A stretch of DNA of 64,000 bases from the human T2T-CHM13v2.0 reference genome, Homo sapiens: assembly GCF_009914755.1 (NCBI RefSeq), contig NC_060925.1, one strand, 5' to 3'. Both the position numbers and the translations under genes were made by a program. A model generated the notes under the pieces. That model saw only the letters and a program-made list of their open reading frames with translations, was not told the origin of the DNA and did not search any database. Below are positions 1-20,855 of the stretch, in pieces (positions within the stretch are counted from its first letter, which is position 1; each line of letters starts with the position of its first letter).

Positions 1-301
1 AATGCAATAACTATTTAAAAACTACAGCTGAGGGGTTCAACAGCAAACTTGAGCATGTAGAAGACTCAATGAACATTAAGACAGGTTATTTTTTATTTAT
101 TTATTTATTTTTTTAGATGGAGTCTTGCTCTGTTGCCCAGGCTGGAGTGCAGTGGTGCAATCTTGGCTCACTGCAACCTCTGCTTCCCAGGTTCAAACAA
201 TTAAGACAAATTATTTTAAAGTATTGAGTCTGAGGAACAAAAAGAAAAATGATTTTTAAAAAGTGAACAGAATCCAGCTTATGGGACACCATCTAGCAGA
301 C

Positions 302-477
302 TATTCTGTGCCTGCAACGCATGAGGGGAGAAGAAAAGACACACACACAATACCTTTAAGGGCAAACAACCTTTATCCCACATAAATGGCGATGGAGATA
401 TAATAAGCAAATGACATAATAAGCAAATTGATATAATAAGCAAACTGCAATGGGAAGGAGAGAAGGGAAAACATATA

Positions 478-561
<84 letters not shown>

Positions 562-961
562 GCACTCACCAGACTATGGAGGATTCACCACCAGGCCAGG
601 AAGCAACAGCCTGGGCTCCAGAGTCAGCCACTTGTCCGTGCACAGATGAGGCGAGGTCTCATGAAGCTTTGACGTAGTCTGGGACCCTAGCTCTTTTTGT
701 AACAAGTTGTTTGGCATGAGGCCCAGTCAAGAGGGCCCTTCACACTGGGCTCAAGGAACACAAAAAGGTCAACTTGTTTTTGTAATCGTCTGTTATTTTT
801 CAATAACTAATATATAGGAATAGATCAAAGTAGAGATTTCTCTGAAACAGTGTTGGATGAATGCCTCAAGGGGCTTACACAACCTGTTCCAGGACTTGGT
901 GACCATTGTTTGTGTCCATGTTCAGTTGAGTTCAAATTTGATATTTAGCTTTTCCTCCACA
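302..961 (-). mobile_element. Solo LTR (probably ERVL class; family uncertain) inserted in L1 ORF1
   Basis: Minus strand begins TGTGGAGGAAAAG; L1 sequence resumes on both sides; degenerate 5-bp TSD cagac/ttgac. Confidence 0.8.
471..561. repeat. Compound (TG)n(TA)n(T)n microsatellite inside the LTR
   Basis: Directly visible. Confidence 0.97.
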
Positions 962-1147
962 TTGACCAACATAGGCATTATGAAAATTTAAGAAGTGGAA
1001 GAGACAGAGAAAGGAGTAGAGTTTATCTGAAAAAGTAATGGACAAAAGACTCCCCAAATTTGAGGAAAGGTATAAATCTACAAATCCAAGAAGCCTAGTG
1101 AACTTTAAGAAGGACAAACCCAAATAGACCCACACTGAGACACATTA

Positions 1148-1500
<353 letters not shown>

Positions 1501-3101
1501 GGTGGGAAGGGGCAGCAAGAATAAAGCAACTTGTCACATACAAGGGATCTTTAATTAGATTATACACATATTTCTTAGCAGGCCAGAAGGCAGTGGGTTA
1601 ATATCTTTAACATACTAAAAGAAAAAAAAAACCTGTCAACTGAGAATTTTATATTCAACAAAACTGTCCTTCAAAAATATGAGGAAAATTAAGGAATTCC
1701 CAGATTTAAAAAGCTAAGGAAATTCATTACCACTAGACTTGCCCTGCAATAAATGCTAAAGAGATTCTCTCAGTTTGAAATGAAAGTATACTTGACTATA
1801 ACTCAACAATATGAAGATCTCTGGTAAAGGTAAATACATAAATGAATGCAAAAACCAGTATTACTATAATTTTGGTTTGTAATTCCACTTTTTATTTTCT
1901 AAAGAATTTAGAAGACAAATGCATAAAGTAATCATAAATCTATGTTAATGGGCACATAAAGGTGTAATTTATAGTATCAACAACATAAAGTGGAGTGGCA
2001 ACAGAGCTATAATGGAATAGAGTTTTTGTATGTGATTGAAGTTGATATTAATTCAAAATAGATTGTTATAACTTCAGGATGTTATATGTAATCACCATGG
2101 TCACCACAAAGGAAGTATCTATGAATACACACAAATGGAAATGAAAAGGGAATCAAAATGTGTCACTGCAAAAAATCAGCTGAAAACAAACAAAAGCAGT
2201 AATGGAGGAAATCAGGGACAAAAATTTGTACAATATGCAGAAAACATACAATATAATGCCAAAAGTAAGTCTTTCCCTGTCAGTAGTTACATTAAATGTA
2301 AATGGATTAAACTCCTCCATGAATAGACATAGATTGGCAAAATGGATTTAAAACAAACAAACAAAACAGGATCCAGCTATCTGCTGTCTACAGAAGATTC
2401 ACTTCAGATTTAAGGGCACACATAGATTGAAAATGAAAGGATAAAAAGATTCCATGCAAATAGTAACCAAAAGAGAGTAGGGGTGGCTATACTAAAAAAA
2501 TATAGATAAATAGACTGTAAGTAGAAAACTGTCACAAGAGACAAAGAAGAATATTGAATAATAATAAAGGCTTCAATTCACAAAGAAAACATAACAATTA
2601 TAAATATGTATGCAATAAACATCAAATCTCCTATATATGAAGCAAACATTGATAGAATTAAAGGGAGAAATAGACAGCTCTACAATAATAATAAAAGACA
2701 TCCATAGAACATTCCACCAAACAAGAGCAGAATGCATATTCTACTTAAGTGTACGTAGAACATTCTCCAGTATAGGTTAATATATTAGGTCACAAAACAA
2801 GTCTTAAATATCTTGAAAAGAATAAAATCATACAAAGCATCTTTTCTGATCACAATGGAATTAAACTAGAAATCAATAGCAGAAGGAAAACTGGAAAATT
2901 TATAAATAGGTGGAAATTAATTAACACAGTCTTAAGCAACAAAAGGTCAAAGAAGAAATCACAACAGGAATTAGAAAATATCTTGAGACTAATGAAAGTG
3001 AAAATCAAAATACAGCATATCAAAACTTATAAAATGCAGTGAAAGCAGTGCTAAGAGGAAAATATATAGCTGGAAATGCTTCCATTAAAAAAGAAAAACT
3101 C

Positions 3102-3610
<509 letters not shown>

Positions 3611-4076
3611 TTAGATACACTTAGAAAAGAGACAAGACTCAAATTACTACTACCAGAAACGAAAGTGGGAACATAAGTACTGATTTTACAGAAATAAGAG
3701 GATTTATAGGAGAGTACTATCAACAACTGTTATCCCAACAAATTGGATAATGTAAAAATTGAAGATGAGGGAACATTCCTAACTCATTCTGTGAGACTAG
3801 CATTACCCTTAATGTCAAAGCCAGACAAAGACAATACAAGAAAACTACTGACCAATAATCCTTATGAATATTAATGTAAAAAACACTCAACAAAATACTA
3901 GCAAACCAAATTCAACAGCATACTGAAAGGATTATACCCCATGAGAAAATGGGATTTTTTTCCTGGAATACAAGGATGGTGCAGCATATGAAAATCAATC
4001 AATTAAAAAGTGAATTACCACATGATTCAGCAATTTCAGCACATGATTCAGCAATTTCACTTCTGAATATATACCC

Positions 4077-4353
4077 TGTGCAGGCTGAAGCAACTCCATC
4101 TTAGATGCTCATACGTCATATTACCTTCTGATTAACCCCAAATCTGGGAAGGCCTCTGAGATTTCCAATTTGTCTATTGCTCCTTGTGTAAGACCACCTA
4201 CTCACCGTAAATCAGGGCATTCTCACAAATAGAGATTCTCACAGATCTCTATTAAATGTTTCTTCCTAGGAAACTGGATTTGTCCACCTCTTGAGCCTCT
4301 CAGCTTCCTTGGACTTTGGGGTAGGTTTGCACAGACCTGCCCATTGTGAAACA
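4077..4353 (+). mobile_element. Internally deleted solo LTR (LTR47-like, ERVL)
   Basis: TG...CA termini; homologous to the copy at 47742-49457; inserted in L1 3' end. Confidence 0.75.
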
Positions 4354-4436
4354 CACCTCCCAATAACTGAATGCAGGGATTCAAACAGATATTTTTCCAC
4401 CCATGGGAGCATTATACACAATAGTCACAAAGTGGA

Positions 4437-4844
<408 letters not shown>

Positions 4845-5299
4845 TCATTATTCTTTTTGATGCTCAACTTGATTCTTTCACCAGTGAAAGTCCCTTTAAA
4901 TCAGCTGGGTTCACAGTATTTTACAGCTTCCTTGCTTTCTGGCACAAAAGTTGCAGGCTTATCTGCAATACAGTATTTGTTGATCTAGACCTTGAATCTG
5001 CCATTTCTTTATAGGTAAAAAATGGTATTTAGAAATACCAATCTGCTTGCTATTTGATATTGCTAAAGGATATCACTACTTTTAGATCCTTTCAGTGCAC
5101 ATGAATTCATATTGCTAGTCCCAATTCAAATTTAACATTATAGGATTTATTATTACCTTATTACTTTTATTTTCATGTATATTTTCCTTTACACTGAAAA
5201 CTTTGATGTGAGTGCTATGCGTATCTGTAATTTTCAAAAGTCATTTCCATGAAGATCTATAGTTTATAGACATATTTAAGTGAAATAATTTTAGCACAA

Positions 5300-5620
5300 G
5301 GCCAGGCACAGTGGCTCACGCCTGTAATCCCAGCACTTTGGGAGGCTGAGGCGGGTGGATCACCTGAGGTTGGGAGTTCAAGACCAGCCTGACCAACACA
5401 GAGAAACCCTGTCTCTACAAAAATACAAAAATTAGCCAGGTGTGGTGGCGCATGCCTGTAATCCCAGCTACTCGGGAGGCTGAGGCAGGCGAATAGCTTG
5501 AACCTGGGAGGCGGAGGTTGTGGTCAGCCAAGATCGCGCCATTGCACTACAGCCTGGGCAACAAGAGTGAAACTCCGTCTCAAAAATAAATAAATTAAAT
5601 AAATAAATAAATAAATAAAT
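5300..5620 (+). mobile_element. Alu (AluSp/Sq-like)
   Basis: Full dimer; TSD aaataattttag. Confidence 0.93.
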
Positions 5621-6829
5621 AATTTTAGTGCAATTTACATAAAGCTTTTAGTAATAATGTTAACTACTTTCAACACATTTTCACTTAGGGGAAGATGCCT
5701 TTCCTGGATTGAAGCTCACTAACGTAAGGAGAAATAGGCAGAACACATGAGGCCTCTCCATAGTTAAAAAGCCTTTGAAGGGGAGGAAACTATAGTATGG
5801 TTCATTTTAAATTTTGAGTCAGTTTAACATTGCATTTTCTGAGTATTAGAAATTGAGAAAGGGAGATGCTTCCTTTTTTATTCTTTTAATAAGAGGTTAT
5901 TATTATCAGATTTGTAATTAAACACTTAAAACATTAAAAAATTGATTGCACTAAAGAGGATGTTTTTTAATTTTTGAGATGGGTCTTGCTATTTCATCCA
6001 GCCTGGCCTTAAGCTGCTGGGCCCAAAGGATGCTCCTGCCTCAGTCCTCCTGAGTAGCTGGGACTACAGGCATGCACCACTGTGCCCAGCTTGGGATTTT
6101 TTTTTTTAAGTTATTTTAATGGTGTGAAGAGCTCCAGCACAATGAGAACAGAGCAACCAAAGAGGAAGTAGCCCTTTGCTGCAGAGGATCCAGGGGCACC
6201 TAAATCCTAGCTATGTGTCCCCCCATGTGCTTGCATGTATCCTACCCACACCAGATGAGGCTAGAAGAGAGAGAGAATTAGAAGAATGGAGGGGGAAGTA
6301 AAAAAAAAAACAACCTTATAAAACAGAACCTCTGTTCTCAGCTCAGTTACACTTTTAGCTTTAGCTTTTTTGTTTGTTTTTTTTTATAATTTTAATTTCT
6401 CTGCTGACTTTTTTATCTAATGTGTTTATTTATAAAATCATATTTTCCTTTAAGTCATTGGACATTTATACTAGCTGTTTTAATATCTTTGATGAAATCT
6501 GACATCTGGGCCATCTAGTGATCATATTTTCTAGTCCCACGAGCCTAAAGCATTTATTATCTTGCCTCTTACAGAAAAAGGTCGCCAACCCGTGTTCTAG
6601 AGCACGGACTTTATTCCTAAGGTATGGGATTTCTGTTGTTTTATATTGATGCACGAGGTGTTGTAAAAGTCATTAACTAACAGGGCCAGAACTTGGTCTT
6701 CCAGCAACTCTTAACCTCTAATATCTCTGTTCCACTCTCAACCCCATAGCAGCCACTATCAGATAATCCTTGATTTGTCTTCGTGCATATAAATCCCATC
6801 CCTCTGCCAAAGATTTGCAGGAAACCCAT

Positions 6830-7526
<697 letters not shown>

Positions 7527-7633
7527 TTATAAAGGGAAATATTATATTTTAAAAACTGGTGACATCTGATACTATCATAGCCTGTCTTTTAAATAAGCTC
7601 ACTATGATCCTGGGGATATTATAAAAGAAAACA

Positions 7634-7933
<300 letters not shown>

Positions 7934-8410
7934 TTAATTCATCTAAAGTTCAGTAATATAAAATAGGAATATAATATTCTAATTCTGTTAGTTCAAATCT
8001 TATACACCTTCATATCATACTTTTCCATAAGAATACATTTGAGCTTTGGATAACTCTATGCGCCCTTGGTTATTTACCTGAAGAATGCTGAGAACTCAAA
8101 ATTGGATAAACTAAAGACATTTGACCTCAACTTTCTCAACTTAAAAAAAATTCAATTTTATGTGGACCCATTATTTCAAGGATTGATGGTACTAACAGGA
8201 TTTAAACTATTAATTGCATTTCGCCAGTTTTCAGAGAATGTTTTTTTAAGGGTCAATATTACAAAAACTTTGAAGAGAAGCTAGAATGAGAGGTGGTCCT
8301 TTTGTTGCTATTTTAAGTATTAGTTTGGAAATGAGAAAGAATATGCTATATGATTATCTGCAACCTACTCTCATATCTAAAACAAAAGTTTTTAAAAATT
8401 AATTCTTTAT

Positions 8411-8421
8411 ATCTATCTGTC

Positions 8422-8465
<44 letters not shown>
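8411..8465. repeat. (TATC)n tetranucleotide STR
   Basis: About 10 perfect CTAT units. Confidence 0.95.
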
Positions 8466-8466
8466 A

Positions 8467-8697
<231 letters not shown>

Positions 8698-9029
8698 TGA
8701 TAAGATTTACTACTAAAAACCACTATGCAAAATAGTGGTTTCTGTAAAAAATTTAATGCTTAATATTTTTTATGTTCTTTGACATTCCCAGAATATATGT
8801 CTGTTTAAGTCTCAGTTATGAAGAGACTATAAAAATTCAATGTTTTGACATATTAAATCATCCTCTCATCACAACATAGAGATGAGGAAAATGCAACCAG
8901 AATGCTTCATGTCTTTCTTTGAGCTAGGTAGCAGCACATGGAGGGCCTGCCTTTAGACAAGAGTTTTTCCCACAATGATGTGGACAGTAAGATATCAAGT
9001 TATTAGGAACTCTCAAACTTAGATTTGTT

Positions 9030-9410
9030 AATAATCAACAATCACAAACATTTGAGGAAAACCAACGTCCTGAGAGACAGTAATCTCTATACATGAGGAG
9101 ACTTTAACGAAGCAGAAGGGGGTTCTAAAATAACTATAGTTAATATTTTTGGAGGGCTAAGAGTCAGTATCACCTGCAGAATGTGGACTGGATGATAAGA
9201 AAAGGTTTTGCATAAGAAAAATAGCTTTTAAAGGTAAAAAATTCAACAGACGGGCTGAATAGCAGATAAGACACAATCCAAGAGCAAATCAGTGAACTAG
9301 AATATAAAGCGAAGGACTTCTTCGAGAATACAACACACAACGAGAGGCAAGTTATGAAAGAAAAGTTAAAAGATAGGAGGGACAGATCCTCGAGTTCCAT
9401 CATTCCCAAG
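9030..9410 (+). mobile_element. L1ME-like ORF1 fragment
   Basis: Coiled-coil-region L1 ORF1 sequence (aattcaacagacgggctgaatagcaga...). Confidence 0.65.
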
Positions 9411-9601
9411 TTGCTTTGCTGATGTGACTGTCATAAGTAAAGACCGGCTTCTTGCTTTTCTTCTTAGCCCAAAATAAGTTCTGTTAGCCAGGCTTTTCTC
9501 TTCCCTGGATTTGAGGTATTGCACACCCCATTATAGAGGCCAAAGGCACCACCACACCTGAAGAGCTGAGGAGGTACCAGCCTGGCCAGAGAGCATGCCC
9601 T

Positions 9602-9903
9602 CTTTTTTTTTTTTTTTTTTTTTGAGATGGAGTCTTGCTCTGTTGCCCAGGCTGGAGCTCAGTGGTGCAATCTCGGCTCACTGAAGGCTCTGCCTCCCAG
9701 GTTCAAGTGATTCTCTTGCCTCAGCCTCCGGAGTAGCTGGGATTATAGCTGTGCACCACCACACTGGCTAATTTTGTATTTTTAGTAGAGACGGGGTTTC
9801 ACCATATTGGCCAGGCTGGTCTTGAACTCCTGGCCTCAAGTGATCTGCCTGCCTTGGCCTCCCAAAGTGCTGGGATTACAGGCCTGAGCCACCGCACCCA
9901 GCC
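9602..9903 (-). mobile_element. Alu (AluS)
   Basis: TSD tgccctctt. Confidence 0.93.
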
Positions 9904-10279
9904 TTGCCCTCTTGTGCCACATGGTCTGAGGTGTGGTCCTGCTCTTTGTATCCTGGCCTGCTGCTCCTCCTTCCCAAGCCAAGGCTTTAAACTAAAGTTT
10001 GCTCCTGGAACAGCCCAAATAAATGAGGCTTATGCGTGGAGTCTCCAAAGTTCTTTAACTAATTTAGCCTGTCCTGGGACCACACATAGCCCTGGCACTT
10101 GGCCCAGACTTTCAAAAAATAGAGGCAGAAGTACTTCTCTCTCTTTCACTCTTTAGCCTCATACCAACTAGGAGTTCTTAGAAGTTTCATTAGCAACTTC
10201 TAGGTGCAGCTTCTGCCGCATTTTCACTGAAAGCCCAATTAAGGGCTCTCACTGTCACTACTATTTAAACACACACATA

Positions 10280-10405
10280 AGGCCAGGCATGGTGGGTCAC
10301 ACATAATCTCAGCATTTTGAGAGGCCAGGATGGGAGGATTGCTTTAAGCCAGGATTCAAGACCAGCCTGGGCTACATGACGAGACCCATTTCTACAACAA
10401 CAAAA

Positions 10406-10447
<42 letters not shown>
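10280..10447 (+). mobile_element. Alu left monomer/FLAM with (CA)n tail
   Basis: Monomer followed by about 20 CA units. Confidence 0.85.
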
Positions 10448-10454
<7 letters not shown>

Positions 10455-10810
10455 CAAACACACGTAAGCAATTAAATTTAAAAAACAAAAACAAGCCAAT
10501 GTATATGAACCCATTGGTGGCAGCCCAGGATGTGAACAAGACTAGAGTTCCCTAACTCGTGAACACCGACAGAGGCTGGGTTCAGAGACCAGTGACCCTG
10601 GACCATTGGCAGTTTCCACAATTGTGCAAACAAACTTCCTAAATTCTGATGGACAACACGCTAACTCTGAGAGGGTCACAATATGTCAGCACTGAAAGAG
10701 GAAATCAGTTTGAACTGAAAAAGGAAAAAGTGGCTCTGCTGTGAATCAGGCTCAGAGGACAGGCAGAGAGACCAGCTGCAAAGGTCACGAGAATCATCAT
10801 TTCTCTAAGG

Positions 10811-11132
10811 CAGGGGTCCCCAAACTCCCGGGCTGCAGACTGGTACCAGTCTGTGGCCTGTTAGGAACCGGGTTGCACAGCTGGAGGTGAGCACGCATTA
10901 CCACCTGAGCTCTGCCTCCTGTCCGATCAGCAGCCACGTTCGATTCTCATAGGAGCACGGACCCTACTGTGAACTGTACATGCGATTCTCCTTATGAGAA
11001 TCGAATTCCTGATGATCTGAGGCGGAACAGTTTCATCTGGAAACCATCCCCCCTGCCACCCTACACACTGTCTGTGGAAAAATTGTCTTCCACAAAACTG
11101 GTCCCTGGTGCCAAAAATGGTAGGGACTGCTG
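10811..11132. mobile_element. MER1B-like hAT-Charlie MITE
   Basis: CAGGGGTCCC...GGGACTGCTG terminal inverted repeats; 8-bp TSD ctctaagg/ctccaagg. Confidence 0.9.
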
Positions 11133-11890
11133 CTCCAAGGTCATGCTGCAGTTTGAAATGTCATAAGGATCACAAGGATCCCCTCTTTGAGTGACTACTG
11201 GTTTCTCACCAATGATGCCCCCAGACCTGCTTTGCGAATCTTGTCTATTACTGGCAATACCCAACTGGGAAGGGTTTACGACAGCACCCATGTCGTGATT
11301 AATCCCTGCTTCTATGAACCCCACTTTAGACACCACAACCAATCCAGAACTGATCTCTGCTTCCCTTAGGTCTGCCTCAGACTCCTACAGTGGGATCCTA
11401 AACCTTGCTAAAGGGGCATTTCTCCTCCCTCATTTTGAGCAGGATGCTATGGTTCCTATGGAATGTCCCTCTCACTGCATCGAGTCAAAAAGTTCGATTT
11501 GAACAGGCTACAGGCTTGTCCCTGGTGGTCTTTGGAAGATTCAGCTTTAATACCTCTGAGAAATTTCCCGATAGACTGGATCATGAAGGGGTGAGCCGCT
11601 TCTCTGAGGCCTGTTTTGCCACCTTCTAATCAGGAGGCACAGCCAAGATAAACCCTCCCAGGTGCCAGTTTCTCACAGGGCTCCAGGTGCCAGTTCTTAG
11701 GACAACTCTGTTTTAATGAGCTCTTGACGAAAGAGTCCATCAATATTGGGTACAAAGTGCACTGATAAGTTATCCTAATATGAGGGAACATTTTTTGGGT
11801 GCCAGGCATTTCCGTGTATGTGCACACACCAAGTTTGTGATAAATGCCTGACAAAATCTAAAACATGTGAAACTCAGAATAACCCTTTGA

Positions 11891-12223
<333 letters not shown>

Positions 12224-12508
12224 TAAATTGTGAAACAGGGACACAGAACAAGAAGTAGCAAAAAGAAGAACCAAGATTTGAATCCAGAATGTCTGACTTC
12301 ACATTCAATCTTAACCAATAAAAATATAGACCTGGTTCCAGCTTCAGCTCAGCTGTAACCTTGCCATAACGTTGGATAGGCTGTTTATGCCTAAGGTTCA
12401 GGCTCTTTGTCTGCAAATTAGGGATGTTCCAGGACATATGATTCCCAGGCCATTCCTGTGAACTCCATTTTGGAAATTCAACTACCTACTTGACTTTATA
12501 TCAAGAAC

Positions 12509-13325
<817 letters not shown>

Positions 13326-13389
13326 ATATCCACTTCTTATTTCTACACTCTTGGCTTCTGGTGAATTTCGTCATAAGTGAGTCACTTTG

Positions 13390-16636
<3,247 letters not shown>

Positions 16637-16802
16637 TGACTCATCCTATTTTTTGCAGCCACACATTTCATTAATTCTTTTATCAAACACACAGTAAGTG
16701 AGGAGCATTAAAACAGTAAAAACAACAACATATAAGCACTCTGGCAGAGACACAGGCAGTGCAACAACCCGCCTTGTTAGGTTTAGAATACATGATTCCA
16801 GG

Positions 16803-17115
16803 TCTGGGCGCAGCGGTTTATGCCTGTAATCCCAACACTCTAGGAGGCCAAGGCAGGAGGACAGCTTGAGGTCAGGAGTTTAAGACCAGCTTGATCAACT
16901 TAGCAAGACCCCGTCTCTGCAAAAAGAAAAAAAAATTTAATTAGCCAGGCATGGTAGCATACATCTGTAGTCTCAGCTAGTCTGGTGGCTGGGGCAGGAG
17001 GATCACTTGAGCTCAGGAGTTGGAGGCTCCAGTGAGCTGTGATTATGCCACTGCTCTCCAGCCTGAGTGACAGCATAAGATCTTGTCTCAAAACAACAAC
17101 AACAACAAAAAAAAA
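16803..17115 (+). mobile_element. Alu (AluJ-like)
   Basis: TSD catgattcca. Confidence 0.9.
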
Positions 17116-17231
17116 ACCATGATTCCATGATTGAGTTATTACCACCATTTAATTAATTGACTTAATTGAAATTAAGATGAAGAATAACTCAGAACAACAT
17201 CTTTTGAATAGAAGAATATGGGGACTATCTA

Positions 17232-17370
17232 GACCTGTACTGTCCCATACTGTGGCCAGTAGCCACACATGGCTAGTGAACACTTGAAATGTGGCTAGTC
17301 TAAACTGAGATATGCTATAAACTTAAATTTAAAACACACAATGGCTTTCAAAGACTTAGTATGACAAAGT
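17232..17370. mobile_element. MER3/MER33-like hAT fragment
   Basis: 'agtagccacacatggctagtgaacacttgaaatgtggctag' core. Confidence 0.7.
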
Positions 17371-17629
17371 CAGGCAGTACTGCAAGTCCAAGATTGCAAA
17401 CACTGCAAATAATCTACAACTGATGGGAGTGGGTCTGAACATGGGAGGGCTCAACCTGAAAGTCCACGACGTCAGAAAAACCTGGAGGGTGGGGAATGAG
17501 TTCAGTCAGGACCTTTTTTTGTGATTCTGTACATGGCCAAAGAGAATTCACTGTGGGCAACATCTACATGCCTCACATTTTCAAATGAAATTTATCAGAA
17601 TGGGTACAGACCACAGCCATAGACTAATT

Positions 17630-18895
17630 ATGATTTAAATGAAAAATGGGCAGAATATCTGAATGGACATTTCTCAAATGAAACCTACAAATGGCTAACA
17701 AGTATATGAAAAAATGTTCAACCTTGCTAATCATCAGAAAAATGCAAATCAAAACTACGATGAGATATCATCTCACCCCAGTTTAAATGGCTTTTGTCAA
17801 AAAGTGAATAACAGAAGCTGGTGAGGATGCAGAGAAAGAGAAATCCTCATACACTGTTGGTGGGAATGTAAATTAGTACAGTCACTATGGAGAACAGTAT
17901 GGAGATTCCTCAAAAAACTGAAAATAGGCTGGGTGTGGTGGCTCACTCCTGTAATCCCAGCACTTTGGGAGGCCAAGGTGGGCGGATCCCTGAGGTCAGG
18001 AGTTCGAGACCAGCCTGGCCAACATGGTGAAACCCCGTCTCTACTAAAAATACAAATTAGCCGGGTGTGGTGACGTGCACCTGTAATCCCAGCTACTGAG
18101 GAGGCCAAGGCAGGAGAATCGCTTTAACCCAGAAGGCTGAACCCACCACTTTACTCCAGCCTGGGCAACAACAGCAAAACTCTGTCTCAAAAAAAAAAGA
18201 AAAAAAAAAAAAAACACCTGAAAATAGAATCACCATATGATTGATCCAGCAATTTCACTCTTGGGTATATTCCTAAAAGAAAGGAAATCAATATATCAAA
18301 AAGATATCAGCACTCCCATGTTTATGGAGGCACTATTCACAATAGCAAAAACATGGAATCAACCTAAGTGCCCATCAATGGATGAATGGATAAAGATAAC
18401 ATAGTATATTTACACGATGGGATATTATTCAGTTATAATCCTGTCATTTGCAGCAACATGGATGGAACTGGAGGTCATTATGCTAAGCGAAATAAGCCAA
18501 GCACAGAAAGTCAAATATCACACGTTCTTACTTATATGTGTGAGCTAACAAAGTGAATCTCATGGAGGTAGAGAGTAGATTAGTGGTTACCAGAAGCCGG
18601 GAAGGATGGATGGGGAGTGAAGAAAAGTTTATTAATGGCTACAAATACACAGTTTGATTGAAGAATAAGACCTCCTGTTACATCAGTAGGGTGACAATAG
18701 TCTACAGTAATCTATTGTATATTTCAAAATAGCTAGAAGAATTCAAGTGGTTTAAGCATAAACAAAAGACAAATATTTAAGGTGATGGTACCCCAAGCAT
18801 GTTAATTTGATCTTTACAAATTATATGAATGTATTAAATTATCACATGTATCCTGAAACTATGTACATCTATTATACGTCAATAAACTTTTTAAA
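17630..18895 (+). mobile_element. L1MA-like 3' end with an Alu at 17927-18215
   Basis: ORF2 C-terminus and 3' UTR motifs, ending in aataaa. Confidence 0.9.
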
Positions 18896-19125
18896 AATGA
18901 ATTTATACCCACTCCAATCCACCAAAGTGTGTCCTTTAGAGTCTTAGCCTCTCAATTTTGCGGTTTGGCTCCTTCCATTCTTGAAATCCCAACGCAAATC
19001 TCACCCCTTGCCTGAGTCTCATAAGCTAACCAACGACTTCACTGTCAAAGACCAAAGTGATTCATTCAAAACTATTTGATTTTGAGTGGCTACAAAATGC
19101 CGGGTGCTGTTCTAGGTGCTGGTAA

Positions 19126-19569
<444 letters not shown>

Positions 19570-19749
19570 TGAGTTATCCTACCATATATGGGTGTGTATG
19601 ACATTACGGTACGCAGGGGGAAATCCTTGTCTTATAAATATTAATAGACTTATGGTAAATGTTGTTTAGAATTGCAGTTTTGCCTTGGAGGATATCTCAG
19701 GTGATCACCTTGGAGGTGGTTCTCCTGAAAATTCCCTTGGAGAGCTGGT

Positions 19750-19960
19750 TCATACTCTGTGAGTCAGCACCTTTCCTGAGGAGGGCAGTGACCTGAAAGG
19801 TGATAAAACTAGCATTCTTGCATCAAGAAAAAGGATTACAAAGCTTTAAATACAGGTCTGCTATTCAGCTGTCAAAAAGTCCGCAAGGTGGCCAAATGTG
19901 TGTAGCCAAGTAATGGAACCTGTCAGCTCATGGGGCGGGGCGGCAGGGGCGGGTAGTTAT
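19750..19960. promoter_or_regulatory. Candidate enhancer: NF-E2/ARE, GATA, CTCF-like site, GC boxes
   Basis: TGCTGACTCAC (minus, 19759-19769), TGATAA 19801-19806, CCGCAAGGTGGC 19881-19892, GGGGCGGGGCGGCAGGGGCGGG 19932-19953; motif evidence only. Confidence 0.35.
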
Positions 19961-20221
19961 TATCCCCAAAAGCAATGGGAAATTATTCCTCTAGTTAATG
20001 ACTCTCCTTGACAGAAGCTTGACAATGGCATTGGTTCATTTATTATAGTGGTTAAGTAATTGTACAAATTAAGAAGCTTGCTCTAGGCACTTACAGTTTT
20101 ATGATACAATCGAAGGTATTGTTTGCCATTAAAATTTTGTGGGTTCCTGATTTAGGAATCAGCTAATGAATCAGCTAATTCTGTATTAGTGTCAAGGTAA
20201 TGAGATGAAAGTGTAACAAAC

Positions 20222-20855
<634 letters not shown>

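Noticed and set aside
4019-4059. Tandem duplication cacatgattcagcaatttca x2
   Set aside because: Simple local duplication within an L1; no array structure
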